From the NCBI GenBank assembly GCA_963719515.1, contig CAVRCJ010000008.1:32001-96000 (forward strand): 64,000 bases of DNA, in the 5' to 3' direction. This stretch comes from an uncultured cyanobacterium (lineage in GTDB: Bacteria > Cyanobacteriota > Cyanobacteriia > CAKZMO01). Below the pieces are notes generated by a model. It did no database searches. It was not told the origin of the DNA and worked only from the letters and a program-made list of their open reading frames with translations. The number at the start of each line of letters is the position of its first letter. Position 1 is the first letter of the stretch. The position numbers were made by a program, and so were the translations under genes. This document shows, one piece after another, positions 40,402-51,850 of the stretch.

Positions 40402-42798
40402 TTAGAGCTCAAAATCGGTCCACACCCCGTATATGAGCCAAATGGCCATGGCCCGCAGGTAGTGGCAAGCGCGGAACGTCCCCGCAGCCGTAATTGCCTC
40501 TGGTGTGCGGAACTGCAGGCCGTGGTCATACACCTGGCGCACGACCGCCTCTGTCAGCCGCAGCGCCCGATTGGGCTGATCCATCTGCAGTAAAAACGCC
40601 GCCAGTCCAAAGTTGATGCCGGTCCACACTTCTAATGGATGGGTATCGTCTGGATTTTCCGGGGAGCCGTCGGGCCGCAGCCCATTGGCTGCCCCAAGCG
40701 TCCCGTCGGCGAAGCGCAGGAAGCAGGTCTGATAGACCGTGTCCAACGCCGCCTGAGCGCAGTCCGCAGGCACAATATCCGGCAGCCCCAGCAGCCGCGC
40801 GTAGAACTGCCCGCAGAGCTGGTCCGCCATCACGACGTCAGAGCCGCTGCCGGTGTCTAGCCGGTAATACTCGCCGGTCCACAGCCGCGCCTGATAGAGG
40901 GGCTGGGCTTGGGCAAACCAGCGCCGCCACCGCAAGATCGCGCCCTCTATTTCGTTACTATCTCCCAAACCCGCGTCCAACAGCCGCTGCCCGATAGCGA
41001 TCGCCGCCTGGAGGGCCGCCAGCCACAGCCCGCCGCAGTAGGCGCTGATGCCTTTGAGCTGCCAATCGTCGAAGGTTTGGTCCGGCGCGCCGCTGTTTTC
41101 AGGAATGCCGTCGCCGTCAATATCAAAGCGCTTCAGGTAGTCCAGCGCCGCTACAGTCGCCTCCCAGCAGTCCAGCAAAAAGGCGTTGTCGCTGCCGCCG
41201 GTGAGGTAAAAGTCGCGGTAGACCTGCAGCACGAAATCCGAGGCCAGGTCTTTCCACTGGTTGCAGTCTTGATAGCTGGTGTAGTTGGTCTGCTCCCAGG
41301 GAAACTCGTTGGGAGCCCCCAAGTCGTGGGGCGTGGCCCCAGCCAGCTTGCGCTGGGCGGCGGGGCTGGCTTTGCCCACCGTCATGTAGTAGCCGATGGT
41401 GCGGGTGCGCAGGTCCGCTAGGGGAATGGCTCGGGCAAAAGCCCGCAAGATGGCCTTGTCGAGCTTGGGAAACAGCATCAGCAGGGCAAAGGAGCCGTAC
41501 AGCCGCACGTCCAGGCTTTCATACCAGCGGTAGTCTAGGCTCTCCAGCACCGCGAACTGGCCTTCTGGGTTGCGATCGCTCGCCGCACTCCACAGACTGC
41601 CGCCGCTGGCCAGGTCATACAGCTCGTTAAATAGAGCCATCTTGAACCAGTCCGGCAGGTCGCCGCGCTCCAGCACGGGCTGCTGCCAGGTCTCAATCTG
41701 CGATCGCCATTGGGGATAGGTTTCCAAGGCTCTGCAGGCAATGTCCCAAGCCGAGCGGCCCGAGGTGCCAAAAAAATCCGTGTAGCGGCGGTAGGTCTGC
41801 ACCCCAGAAGCAAATTCCGTCACCGGAAAATCCCAGGCCAGCGCCATGGGGATGCGGCGCTGCTCTCCGGGCTGTAGAGTCACCCGCACTGCGACCGCCG
41901 CGCCAATGCGCTCTTCCGCTGCGGCGGGCGTCTCGTCTGCCACATTGGCCAGGGAGCCGTCTTTAGAAAAATCATGCCATAGGTCTGCGCCGTCGCCGAT
42001 TGGGTTCCAGCGGCTGTGGTAGAACACCTCAGCCGCACCCGCGCAAGCCTCCACCGCGATCGCCCATTCTCCGTCCCCCTCCCGAGGCGGCTCGCTGCGG
42101 GCCTGACCCAAGACGCAGCCGTAGCGCGAGCCGTCAGTCACCCAGCGATTGCTGTTGCCCTCGCTGTTGCCCAGCCGAGGCTCATAGACATACACGGGGC
42201 TGCCGTCATCCCGTACAGTCACCTCAGGAGACGCCGAGGCATTGGTAAACCAGCCCGCCATGTTCTCCCAGCTCAGCAAAATGCTCAGAGTGACGGGGCG
42301 ATCGCTGGGGTTTTGTAGGGTCCAAAGAAACACCGCCACCGGGTAGCTGGTGTCCTGATAGTTGTGGGGCAGGATGGGGGAAAGCTGCTCGCAGGTAATC
42401 TGGGTTTGAAAGACCTCTCGGTAGGTAAACCAGCTGCGAGGGTAGAGGGCGTGGTATTGCCCTGTATTGTGCTCCTCTTTTGAAGCGAGGCCAGGATAGG
42501 GGCACCAAGCTTCTAGCCCTGATTCTATCGGCCCCAGAGCGCAGGCGCGAGACTGCTCTCCCACCCGCTCAAAGACGCTGAACTGACAGGCCGGCATAGC
42601 CGCAAACACATGCTCGCCCCCGTCGATGTGCCAGAGGTTAAACTCCCCCCGAGGCGATCGCCCGATACAGCCTGCTCCCAGCCCGCCTAGCGGCGCGCCA
42701 TGCCAGGGACCATCGTCTAGATTGCTGTCGTAGCGTACGCGGTAGGGCTTATCCCACGGCAATCCCAGCGGGCGGCTCCAGGCACAGGTTGGAATCAT
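40402..42798 (-). CDS. GH116 family glycoside hydrolase (glucosylceramidase-like)
   Basis: PLGGLGAGCIGR, LESLDYRWYESLDV, PHDLG, DQTFDDW, EVWTG, FRTPEA, YLRAMAIW. Confidence 0.92.
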   Translation of the reverse strand: MIPTCAWSRPLGLPWDKPYRVRYDSNLDDGPWHGAPLGGLGAGCIGRSPRGEFNLWHIDGGEHVFAAMPACQFSVFERVGEQSRACALGPIESGLEAWCPYPGLASKEEHNTGQYHALYPRSWFTYREVFQTQITCEQLSPILPHNYQDTSYPVAVFLWTLQNPSDRPVTLSILLSWENMAGWFTNASASPEVTVRDDGSPVYVYEPRLGNSEGNSNRWVTDGSRYGCVLGQARSEPPREGDGEWAIAVEACAGAAEVFYHSRWNPIGDGADLWHDFSKDGSLANVADETPAAAEERIGAAVAVRVTLQPGEQRRIPMALAWDFPVTEFASGVQTYRRYTDFFGTSGRSAWDIACRALETYPQWRSQIETWQQPVLERGDLPDWFKMALFNELYDLASGGSLWSAASDRNPEGQFAVLESLDYRWYESLDVRLYGSFALLMLFPKLDKAILRAFARAIPLADLRTRTIGYYMTVGKASPAAQRKLAGATPHDLGAPNEFPWEQTNYTSYQDCNQWKDLASDFVLQVYRDFYLTGGSDNAFLLDCWEATVAALDYLKRFDIDGDGIPENSGAPDQTFDDWQLKGISAYCGGLWLAALQAAIAIGQRLLDAGLGDSNEIEGAILRWRRWFAQAQPLYQARLWTGEYYRLDTGSGSDVVMADQLCGQFYARLLGLPDIVPADCAQAALDTVYQTCFLRFADGTLGAANGLRPDGSPENPDDTHPLEVWTGINFGLAAFLLQMDQPNRALRLTEAVVRQVYDHGLQFRTPEAITAAGTFRACHYLRAMAIWLIYGVWTDFEL

Positions 42799-42841
42799 AT
42801 TAAGTCACTTAACAGTCGCGGCAGTCCACATCAGCAGTGTA

Positions 42842-43117
42842 TTACGGCGCGTCTTCTCGCGCGATTGCTTCTGATGCGCCCTCTTCCGGCGCAGTTGCGA
42901 GGGGCTGCCATCCCGCCTGCCAGAGATCTGGATCCTTGAGCGCCTGAGCGTTGAGCCAAAAGCGTACGCTCGGGTCGCAGGCGGCGACGAGCTCAGCGAA
43001 TACCCATCTATCTTTATTCTTGCGATTTGTAACTCGAAAATGCCGCCATCCCCAAGTTTTTTGTCGCGCTGTCCACTTTGAACCCACTAGATAAGGAAAT
43101 CGCTGCCGTTTCGCCAT
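42842..43117 (-). CDS. TIGR02450 family Trp-rich protein
   Basis: LVGSKWTA...GWRHF...LKD..LWQAGW. Confidence 0.85.
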   Translation of the reverse strand: MAKRQRFPYLVGSKWTARQKTWGWRHFRVTNRKNKDRWVFAELVAACDPSVRFWLNAQALKDPDLWQAGWQPLATAPEEGASEAIAREDAP

Positions 43118-43491
43118 AGTTTTGTTAAGAAAAGTGTCGCTCTAGATTGAATTTTGCTATGCGAACAGCCTAAGCCAGGGATGGAGCAACTATTACGACT
43201 TGCTACACTTGACAAGTACAGCCGAGGCAGCGAATTAAAGGCAAATTTCGGATGTCTTCGCTAAACTATTTTAGTGTCCCAGGCTACGAGCCGCTCAATC
43301 GGTGTGGCTCGGGACAACAAGCCCATGTGAAGCATACATATGCGCAAGACTGCTTTTGGAGAGTGCCACATCTTTATAAAAATTGTGGTGACCCTCTCAA
43401 TCTTTGGCTAAACTTGTGGCATCTACTGGTGTGTAGTGGTTTTCTGTAGTGGCTTTTTACTGTCTTGATTTAGGAGCATGAGGAACGCGGC

Positions 43492-44613
43492 ATGACCCAA
43501 GCTAAAAATGCATTGGATGTTGATCGTTCTAAACTGGATGGCAACCAGTCTAGAGCAGGTGTGGAGCTGGCTTCGTCTAGCGATGTAAAGTCGGAGACGG
43601 CCAAAACCGAAAAGAAAGGTAAAGCTAAGGGACGCGCGTCTCGTCGAGTGCAGGCCAAAAAGAAGCACTATACCGAAGACTCTATTCGCCTTTATCTGCA
43701 GGAAATTGGCCGAATCCGCCTCTTGAGAGCTGATGAAGAAATTGAGCTGGCCCGTAAAATTGCGGACTTGCTAGAGCTAGAGCGGATTCGCGAGCAGCTG
43801 ACCGAGGATCTCGATCGCTGTCCGACCGACGCCGACTGGGCTGAAAAGGTAGAGATGAGCCTGCCCGCCTTTCGCCGCCGCCTGCATCTAGGCCGCCGCG
43901 CTAAGGACAAAATGGTTCAGTCTAACTTGAGGCTGGTGGTCTCCATCGCTAAAAAGTATATGAACCGCGGCTTGTCCTTCCAGGATCTAATTCAGGAAGG
44001 CAGCTTGGGCCTTATCAGAGCCGCAGAGAAGTTCGACCACGAGAAGGGCTACAAATTCTCCACCTACGCCACCTGGTGGATTCGTCAGGCCATCACCCGA
44101 GCGATCGCCGACCAGTCCCGCACGATTCGGCTGCCGGTTCACCTCTACGAAACCATTTCCCGCATTAAGAAAACCACCAAGCTGCTCTCCCAGGAGATGG
44201 GCCGCAAGCCCACCGAAGAAGAAATTGCCACCCGTATGGAGATGACCATTGAGAAGCTGCGCTTTATTGCTAAGTCAGCTCAACTTCCCATTTCCCTAGA
44301 AACGCCCATCGGTAAGGAAGAAGATTCTCGCTTAGGCGACTTCATTGAGTCAGACGGCGAGACGCCGGAAGACCAGGTCTCCAAGAATCTGCTCCGAGAA
44401 GACCTAGAGAGCGTCCTCGATACCCTCAGCCCTCGGGAGCGCGATGTGCTGCGTCTGCGCTATGGCCTAGACGATGGCCGCATGAAAACCCTTGAAGAAA
44501 TCGGCCAGATCTTCAACGTCACCCGCGAGCGCATTCGCCAAATAGAGGCCAAGGCGCTGCGTAAGCTTCGTCATCCCAATCGCAACAGCGTTCTCAAGGA
44601 ATACATTCGCTAA
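43492..44613 (+). CDS. sigA: Primary RNA polymerase sigma factor SigA/RpoD
   Basis: [19 protein letters not shown]; region 2 and 4 consensus; ends [13 protein letters not shown]. Confidence 0.97.
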   Translation: MTQAKNALDVDRSKLDGNQSRAGVELASSSDVKSETAKTEKKGKAKGRASRRVQAKKKHYTEDSIRLYLQEIGRIRLLRADEEIELARKIADLLELERIREQLTEDLDRCPTDADWAEKVEMSLPAFRRRLHLGRRAKDKMVQSNLRLVVSIAKKYMNRGLSFQDLIQEGSLGLIRAAEKFDHEKGYKFSTYATWWIRQAITRAIADQSRTIRLPVHLYETISRIKKTTKLLSQEMGRKPTEEEIATRMEMTIEKLRFIAKSAQLPISLETPIGKEEDSRLGDFIESDGETPEDQVSKNLLREDLESVLDTLSPRERDVLRLRYGLDDGRMKTLEEIGQIFNVTRERIRQIEAKALRKLRHPNRNSVLKEYIR

Positions 44614-44963
44614 AGATATGCGCTGTTGAGGGCGATCGCGCACCGCAACATGAATCTGACGGGGGAGCAGCATGGGTTGTTCCCCCGTTTTCAATTATTC
44701 GCAAATTTTGAGGCAGGCCACCCGACCAGATCGATTCAAAAAGAGTTGTTTGCTTTTCGTATGGGACAGCTTGCGCTAAGTTGGCGTTACGCTTTGTGTC
44801 TTCTGCAGGGATAGGAATTTGTGTAAAAGCGGGTAATATCTTTTGTAATCAGATAGATAGTGATAAGATTTCGAGCAGTTATTGGCTCTACGTCAGGTCC
44901 AGGGTTCGTCTAGAGTTCGCGCAGCTATTCTTGCATCTCGCTAAAACAAGTGATCCTATTGTC

Positions 44964-46076
44964 GTGAGTTTTCTCTCTAATCTCTTTTCAAAAAAGTCAA
45001 AAGGCATCGGCGTTGAATTGACCCCTGAGCGAGTCAACGTTGCCCAAGTTAGACGAAACGGGCAATCGTTCCGCTTGACTCAGCTAGCCTCTGCTGACGT
45101 TCCTGAAGGTGTCTTTCATGAAGGGCAGATTCTCGAGCCGTCGGCCATGGCCGATATTATCCAGCAGCTGTTCTCTGAGCAAAAGCTAAAGGCGACTACT
45201 GTGGCCACCGCTATCTCAGGGGGACGCGACACCGTAACGCGAATTATCCCAGTTCCCGCCGAACTAGACGACAACGAATTGCGGGAGATGGTTCTTGACC
45301 AGGAGGCCGGACTTTACCTTCCCTTTCCCCGCGACGAGGCGGACGTTGACTATCAAAAGCTGGGGTTTTTCGTCGACGAGGACGGGATTGAAAAAGTTCA
45401 GGTGCTGCTGGTGGCCACCCGCAAAGAGGTGACCGACAACTACCTGACCACCTTTCAGCAGGCTGGGCTGGACGTCAATATCCTCGAAATTTCTAGCTTT
45501 TCGCTCATTCGCACCATCCGCGAGCAGCTGCGGCAGTTTACCCCCCAAGAAGCGGTGGCGATCGTCGATACCGAGTTTGAGAATACCGAGATTTCCATCG
45601 TCGTCGATGGCGTCCCCCACTTCTCTAGGACGGTCCCCATCGGCACCTACCAAATTCAGTCGGCGTTGAGCCGGGCCATGAACTTGCCCCCCTCGCGCAA
45701 CACCGACCTCCTTCAGGGCATGACCATCCCAGTAACGCCCATGGATAGCGTGGGTGTCCCTCAGATGGGGGCGGGAACCAATCCCGGTACGGCGGCCATG
45801 ATTCGAGTGCTAGGTGAGCTTGCCGATGAGCTGCGGCGCTCTATCGACTTCTACCTCAATCAGGGGGAGGAGTTAGAGGTCGCCCAGCTGCTGCTGTCGG
45901 GGCCGGGTGCCGCCATCGGGCAGCTTGACGAATTCTTTTCTCAGCGTTTGAGCCTGCCGGCGACCCAAATTGATCCGATATCGGCGCTGTCTTTGGATGT
46001 TGAAGCTGATATTCCAGACATTCAGCGTTCTGGGTTAGGCGTGGTTATTGGTTTAGGGCTAAGGGAGGCTTGGTAG
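44964..46076 (+). CDS. pilM: Type IV pilus assembly protein PilM
   Basis: Actin-like; EAGLYLPFPRDEADVDYQ, ELRRSIDFY, GLGLRE; GTG start at 44964. Confidence 0.93.
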   Translation: MSFLSNLFSKKSKGIGVELTPERVNVAQVRRNGQSFRLTQLASADVPEGVFHEGQILEPSAMADIIQQLFSEQKLKATTVATAISGGRDTVTRIIPVPAELDDNELREMVLDQEAGLYLPFPRDEADVDYQKLGFFVDEDGIEKVQVLLVATRKEVTDNYLTTFQQAGLDVNILEISSFSLIRTIREQLRQFTPQEAVAIVDTEFENTEISIVVDGVPHFSRTVPIGTYQIQSALSRAMNLPPSRNTDLLQGMTIPVTPMDSVGVPQMGAGTNPGTAAMIRVLGELADELRRSIDFYLNQGEELEVAQLLLSGPGAAIGQLDEFFSQRLSLPATQIDPISALSLDVEADIPDIQRSGLGVVIGLGLREAW

Positions 46077-46077
46077 G

Positions 46078-46818
46078 ATGTACGGCCTTGATATTAATTT
46101 TCTGAACGACCGCAACGCTCAGGTCGCGGCCTCGGCGGCGAACGAACCCACTATCCGAGAGGAGTCTAACTGGCGACCTACAATCTTGGGAGCGGCTATT
46201 GGCCTTGCGCCACTGGTGCTGTTGTTGGCCTCCTGGCTAGCGCTAAACACCATGAATAGTCGGCTTGAGGCCCGGCGGGATGAGCTCGACCGGGAGCTAG
46301 CGGCTCAGCAGGCGACGCGGCAAGAACTCGCGAGCGCCTTGGCCCGCGCTCAGCAGGCCGAGAACGACGCCAAAGCGCTAGTGACGGTATTTGACCAGAT
46401 CAAACCTTGGTCTGCGCTACTGCAAAGCATTCAGGACAATGTCCCTAGCGGCGTTCAAATCGCTGGGGTAGAGCAAACCGCTGAGAGCGAAGAGCAGAGT
46501 ATCAGCATCTCGGGATATGCCGTTTCCTTCGACGACGTCAATGACTTCGTGCTGGTGCTGAGGCGATCGCCGTTCCTCGACCCTGAGGAAACCAGTCTGG
46601 AAACAGCCAGCTTAATAGACTACCCCGTTGACTTTGAGCTGCCCGAGGGTACGCCTTCTGGCGCTGACGTTCAGGTTCCTCAGGTGGTGGACTACACCAT
46701 CTCAGCAGACTTAACTGAGCTACCGGCCTCTGAGCTGCTAGCGGAGCTGGAGAGTACGCTAGCGGTTGGGTTGACCTCTAGAATTCAGGCCCTAAGAGAT
46801 AGAGGAGCGTTTGAGTAA
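46078..46818 (+). CDS. pilN: Type IV pilus assembly protein PilN
   Basis: MYGLDINFL motif, TM helix, coiled coil, position after pilM. Confidence 0.92.
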   Translation: MYGLDINFLNDRNAQVAASAANEPTIREESNWRPTILGAAIGLAPLVLLLASWLALNTMNSRLEARRDELDRELAAQQATRQELASALARAQQAENDAKALVTVFDQIKPWSALLQSIQDNVPSGVQIAGVEQTAESEEQSISISGYAVSFDDVNDFVLVLRRSPFLDPEETSLETASLIDYPVDFELPEGTPSGADVQVPQVVDYTISADLTELPASELLAELESTLAVGLTSRIQALRDRGAFE

Positions 46819-47654
46819 TGACCGTAAGCGATTATCCCGACGATGATCAGGAGTATTATCAAGCCGAGCCGGTCTATCCGACGGCATTTGGCGTCGAGCT
46901 AACGCCGACTGTTTTAGGAATCCTAGCGGCGGTTGTGGGGATTGGGTTAACGATTTACCTTCTTCTTAACTTCGTCTGGCCCGCGTTCCAGCAGCGTCAG
47001 CAGCTACAGCGCGAGGTTACCGAACGGGAGGCGCTCATCCAAGACCCGGAAGAGACGCAGCGTGAAATTGCCGAGGCGAGAGAGCGGCTGGCGAGAGCAG
47101 AGCAGCTTCAGGCCGACGTGCTTGCTTTATTTGCCAACGAGGAGAACCTCGAAACGCTGCTGTATGACATCAACCAGCGGGTGCAGTCGGTCAACGCTGG
47201 CATTGTCGACGAGGACCGCAGGGCTGAGCTGGTTCGATTCGATGTGGATGAGGCGTCTTCTGGCCTTGTTCAAGATGGCTCGCTGGGCGAGAGCGTCAAC
47301 GGTCGTATAGAGCGGCGCGTGTACAATGTTGAGCTTGCAGGAAGTTTTGCCCAAACTCAATCCATACTGCGTAATGTGGAGCGACTACAGCCGCTTTTGA
47401 TTATCCAAGAGTTCGATAGCGATCTAGAAACGGCCAATCAAACCGTTCAGATCGATCAGCAGGGCAACGTTGTACCCACTAGTGCGCCGCCCCAAGCGCG
47501 GCTCAATACTGCATTCAGACTAGACGCTCTGCTGCCTGCATCACCAGAAGCCGTCGCGGCAAGTGGGGCAGTAGGACAGGACGGTGAGGCAGCTGAAGGC
47601 GAAGCGACTGAGAACGGCACCAGCGACTCAGCTGCCGAGGGAGCATCGGAATAG
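46818..47654 (+). CDS. pilO: Type IV pilus assembly protein PilO
   Basis: YPTAFGVELTP, TM helix, QSILRNVERLQPLL; translationally coupled to pilN. Confidence 0.88.
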   Translation: MTVSDYPDDDQEYYQAEPVYPTAFGVELTPTVLGILAAVVGIGLTIYLLLNFVWPAFQQRQQLQREVTEREALIQDPEETQREIAEARERLARAEQLQADVLALFANEENLETLLYDINQRVQSVNAGIVDEDRRAELVRFDVDEASSGLVQDGSLGESVNGRIERRVYNVELAGSFAQTQSILRNVERLQPLLIIQEFDSDLETANQTVQIDQQGNVVPTSAPPQARLNTAFRLDALLPASPEAVAASGAVGQDGEAAEGEATENGTSDSAAEGASE

Positions 47655-47721
47655 GGTAGAAGGCTAGCGGTAGTCATAGGTCTGAACGTACACAAGAAAT
47701 TTTCATTGGGAGGAGAGAACG

Positions 47722-49869
47722 GTGAAACGGCATCTCGGAATAGGACTTAGCGCCTTAAGTGGCTGCGCGGCAGTGACCTTAGTAGCCACCTCTGCCGCTG
47801 CGCAATCGGTCGCGGTGATTACTGACGTCGCCATTCGTCAAGCGGCAGAAGGAATTGAGGTCGTCTTGACCACAGACAGCGGCACACAGCCGCAGATCTT
47901 TACCGTCAGCCGCGACAATACGCTGGTGGCTGATTTAATCAATAGCGAGCTGAGCTTGGCGAGCGGCGGCGATTTTGTCAACAATAATCCAGCTCCCGGT
48001 ATCGAGTCCGTCACCGTCTCTCAGCTGGACGCCAACAGCATTCGCGTGGTTGTGGCGGGGGAGACGGAGCTGCCCATAGGACAGGTTCGTCAAACCGATA
48101 GCGCCATCATCTTTGATTTTTCAACGGCGACGGCGCTGGAAGTGGAAGATCCTATCCCGGTGACTGTAGAGCCTGCCCAACCCTCCGCACCGCTACCAGA
48201 GCCTCCAGATCTAGCTCAAGCACCGGACCCCATCATCGACAATGACAATGATGTCTTAGTGCCCGATCCAGACGTGCGGATTGATGGCGTAGAGGTGGAT
48301 CCCGCTCCTGTCGTCACCGCCCCTGCAGCCCTTCCTCGGGCGATCGCCCCGCCGGTGGGCGATATCGCCGTCACGAGCATTGATCCCTCACCCTCCACTA
48401 TTTCTCTCGGCACCTCTGAGGTACTGCCGCGCCTGGTGCTGCGAAACGCGCCGGTTCGCGAGGTACTTTCTCTGCTGGCGCGGGCTGCAGGACTCAACCT
48501 AGCGTTTGTTGGCGATCCAGCAGCCGATATCGACGAAGAGGATATCACTATCTCGCTGGACATCGAAAATGAGCCCATCCAGGACGTGTTCAACTACGTC
48601 TTGAGGCTATCGGGTCTAGACGCGAGCCGGTTCGGCCGCACGATTTTTGCAGGGCCTCGTTTGCCCAATGAGGCGCGGCAGCTCGTGGTGCGCAATCTAC
48701 GCCTCAACCAGGTAGACGTTCCCACGGCGCTCAACTTTTTGGTCGGTTTGGGTGCGGAAACCGCCGTCAGCCGCCAGCGGCTGGTGACCAACGTCAACGC
48801 GGTCTCAATCGGTGACAACGTCGAGCCGCTGACGCAAACTCAAACGATAGAGGAAGAGCGGATTGAAACGCAGCGCATCGAGTATCAAGACTCGTCACCC
48901 ATTCTGCGGGGCCTTCAGGTCGTAGGGGATGAGCGCACCAATTCCATTACCCTAGTCGGTTCGCCCAGGCAAATCGAAATTGCCGTCGCGCAGCTGATTC
49001 CTCTCGATATCAGGCGGCGACAGGTCGCCGTCAATGTCAAGGTTGTCGATGTCGACCTCAATGCTATTGACCGGGCATCGACCAGCTTCTCCTTCGGGGT
49101 TGATGGGACGACAGTAGTGTCTGACGGGGGAGTCGGCGTCATCAACTTTGGCGACCAAAGCCCTATCTCCGTTCCCGGTGATATCTTGACCGACAACTTC
49201 GGAGCGGTAACGGGCACCCTCGGGTCACCCTTTGACTTCGAATTTGGTGAGGATTTTCTGGGGCAGCTGCAGCTCGCTATAACCAACAGCAACGCCAAAA
49301 TTCTGACAGATCCTACGCTGGTTGTACAGGAGGGGCAGCAGGCCGAGGTTGTTTTGGCCGATGAGGTCATTACAAACGTCGAGATTGAGACGGACGGTAC
49401 GGGGGATGACCAAACGCAGACGGTCACCGTTGTCACAGAGCCAGCTGGCGTTATTCTTAGAGTCCAGATTGACCGCATCGACGATAACGGGTTTGTCAAT
49501 CTCTCTGTCGCGCCAACAGTCTCTGAGCCCAGCACCACCGAAGATGTTACGGTTGATGGGGCTAGCATAACCCTCACCTTACTCTCCGAGCGGCGCTTGA
49601 CCTCCGGGCAGCTACGACTGCGGGATGGTCAGACTATCGTTCTATCCGGAATCATCCAGGATACTGACCAAGTCAGCTCGACTAAAATTCCGATCTTGGG
49701 CGATCTGCCCATTATTGGTGCCCTCTTCCGCCGTACTGAACGGTCGAATGAGCGGAGCGAGGTGATCATTGTGATGACGGTCAACGTCCTAGACGATTCT
49801 GAGGGCTCTACCTTTGGCTATAGCTATACGCCAGGCAGCGCTGACTCTCAGGAGCTTCTGCGGCGCTAA
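47722..49869 (+). CDS. pilQ: Type IV pilus secretin PilQ (AMIN + secretin)
   Basis: Signal peptide, AMIN domain, DERTNSI, KIPILGDLPIIGALFR. Confidence 0.95.
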   Translation: MKRHLGIGLSALSGCAAVTLVATSAAAQSVAVITDVAIRQAAEGIEVVLTTDSGTQPQIFTVSRDNTLVADLINSELSLASGGDFVNNNPAPGIESVTVSQLDANSIRVVVAGETELPIGQVRQTDSAIIFDFSTATALEVEDPIPVTVEPAQPSAPLPEPPDLAQAPDPIIDNDNDVLVPDPDVRIDGVEVDPAPVVTAPAALPRAIAPPVGDIAVTSIDPSPSTISLGTSEVLPRLVLRNAPVREVLSLLARAAGLNLAFVGDPAADIDEEDITISLDIENEPIQDVFNYVLRLSGLDASRFGRTIFAGPRLPNEARQLVVRNLRLNQVDVPTALNFLVGLGAETAVSRQRLVTNVNAVSIGDNVEPLTQTQTIEEERIETQRIEYQDSSPILRGLQVVGDERTNSITLVGSPRQIEIAVAQLIPLDIRRRQVAVNVKVVDVDLNAIDRASTSFSFGVDGTTVVSDGGVGVINFGDQSPISVPGDILTDNFGAVTGTLGSPFDFEFGEDFLGQLQLAITNSNAKILTDPTLVVQEGQQAEVVLADEVITNVEIETDGTGDDQTQTVTVVTEPAGVILRVQIDRIDDNGFVNLSVAPTVSEPSTTEDVTVDGASITLTLLSERRLTSGQLRLRDGQTIVLSGIIQDTDQVSSTKIPILGDLPIIGALFRRTERSNERSEVIIVMTVNVLDDSEGSTFGYSYTPGSADSQELLRR

Positions 49870-50411
49870 CTCTGCGGGCTAATGTTATAGTGACCTGAGC
49901 ATGTTTGTCTTCTTTGGCAGACATGCTTCAGTCTGTCTATATCCCTTGGGGGGCGATTGAACTGAGCGCAGAGCGGTGCGTGCTGTTTCGGCATTACCGG
50001 CGCGGTGAGCAAAGCTCGATACTGCTCTTAACTTTTCAATTAAGACCTGTGTCTAGCACAGTTGCTACACATGCTGCACCGTTTTCTATACTTTTACGAT
50101 AAGCGAAACATAGTTAACAAAATGTGCTGTGGGCGATGGGCTGCAGTTAACGCCATCACTATTCAACGCATTTCTTGACGATTGGAAAAACGGGCTATGC
50201 TCAGTAATGACAAAAATAGCTGGTTTTTTCCAAAAATTTCAAAAAAAATTCTCAAATCGCCGAAAATTAGGCGTTTGGTTATTCCAAATTATCGGACTTC
50301 CCTCTAGAATAGGGCATTGAAACTCAGCTTTTACTGGAGTTTCGGAACTTGGCAAAGTTTTATCTCAATCATGCCTGCCCGTTTATCTCAATTCAAATCT
50401 AGGAGATTCTT

Positions 50412-50690
50412 ATGAACAAAGGTGAATTAGTTGACAAAATTGCTGAGAGAGCAAGCGTCACCAAAAAGGAAGCAGATGCTGTACTAACGGCCGCCTTAGA
50501 GGCAATCATGGATGCCGTCTCGGACAACGACAAAGTGACGCTAGTCGGCTTTGGCTCATTTGAGCCCCGCGAGCGGAAGGCTCGAGAAGGCCGCAACCCG
50601 AAAACGGGAGAAGCGATGACAATTCCGGCTACGCGGGTGCCGGCTTTTTCTGCGGGCAAACTTTTCAAAGAGAAGGTTGCCCCCAAATAG
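50412..50690 (+). CDS. hup: DNA-binding protein HU
   Basis: MNKGELVD...GFGSFE.RERKAREGRNPKTG...PAFSAGK. Confidence 0.97.
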   Translation: MNKGELVDKIAERASVTKKEADAVLTAALEAIMDAVSDNDKVTLVGFGSFEPRERKAREGRNPKTGEAMTIPATRVPAFSAGKLFKEKVAPK

Positions 50691-50729
50691 CCGCGGTGCC
50701 ATGATTACAGTGGCTCAGGTGCCACAGCC

Positions 50730-51818
50730 ATGATGACACCACCACATCACGGGGGAAACTTAGCTTGGGCAGCTCAGCTAGCGGGCTGTTTTCCCCATGA
50801 TATTTTGGATTTCTCGGCCAGCATCAATCCTCTAGGTCCGCCCAGTTCAGCGATCGCGGCCATTCAAGACAACCTCCATCAGCTGCGGGTCTATCCTGAC
50901 CCGGCCTACGGCCAGCTGCGGCAGGTGCTCTGCAATCTTCATCAGCTCCCTCCAGAATGGGTTTGCCCCGGCAATGGCTCAGCCGAGCTGTTGACTTGGG
51001 CCTGCCGGGAGCTGGCTCAAACTCAGACCACCACCCTGATTACGCCTGCCTTTAGCGACTACTGGCGCGCCCTAGAGTCTTTCGGAGCTCACGTAACGCC
51101 CCAGCCCCTACCGCTTGGCGCAGCGCCAGAGATTCAGTGCCGACTTCCTATCGACCTGCCGGCGTCGGGCTGCGGGCTGCTGATCAATACGCCCCATAAC
51201 CCTACAGGCCTGCTGTTTGACTACTCAGACCTGTGCGACTGTTTAGATGCGTTCGAGCTGGTGGTTGTAGACGAAGCGTTCATCGACTTTCTCCCTCCCG
51301 CTCAACGGCTCAGTCTAGTTCCGCTAGTCCCTCAATATCCCAATCTTGTAGTGCTGCGATCGCTGACCAAGTTTTACAGCCTGCCGGGCCTGCGCATTGG
51401 CTATGCGGTGGCCCACCCGGACCGGCTGCAGCGCTGGCAGCGCTGGCGCGACCCTTGGTCCGTCAATGCACTGGCTGCGATCGCGGCAGAGGCCGCCGTT
51501 CAAGATAGGGCATTTCAAGCTCAGACCTGGAGCTGGCTGCTGCCCGCCCGGCAGCATCTGACCGCAGGCTTGAGGCAGCTCCCTGGACTTGTTCCCCGTA
51601 GCAGCGCCGCCAACTACCTGCTGGTGAACTGCGATAGCTCTGTAGTTGAGATTCAGCGCCAGCTGCTTCAGCGCCATCGCATCCTCATTCGAGACTGCAT
51701 AAGCTTTCCTGAACTGGGCGATCGCTATTTTCGCGTTGCGGTGCGCACCATCGCTGAGAATCAGCGACTGCTAGAGGCGCTCTCCGACGTGCTGACCCCC
51801 AAGGCGATCGTAGGATAG
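50730..51818 (+). CDS. cobD: Threonine-phosphate decarboxylase (cobalamin biosynthesis)
   Basis: HGGN, DFSASINPLG, PHNPTG, DEAF, RSLTKFYSLPGLRIGY, IRDC. Confidence 0.9.
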   Translation: MMTPPHHGGNLAWAAQLAGCFPHDILDFSASINPLGPPSSAIAAIQDNLHQLRVYPDPAYGQLRQVLCNLHQLPPEWVCPGNGSAELLTWACRELAQTQTTTLITPAFSDYWRALESFGAHVTPQPLPLGAAPEIQCRLPIDLPASGCGLLINTPHNPTGLLFDYSDLCDCLDAFELVVVDEAFIDFLPPAQRLSLVPLVPQYPNLVVLRSLTKFYSLPGLRIGYAVAHPDRLQRWQRWRDPWSVNALAAIAAEAAVQDRAFQAQTWSWLLPARQHLTAGLRQLPGLVPRSSAANYLLVNCDSSVVEIQRQLLQRHRILIRDCISFPELGDRYFRVAVRTIAENQRLLEALSDVLTPKAIVG

Positions 51819-51850
51819 ATGAGCCCAGCCGCTACTTCCGGATTGTAAAG

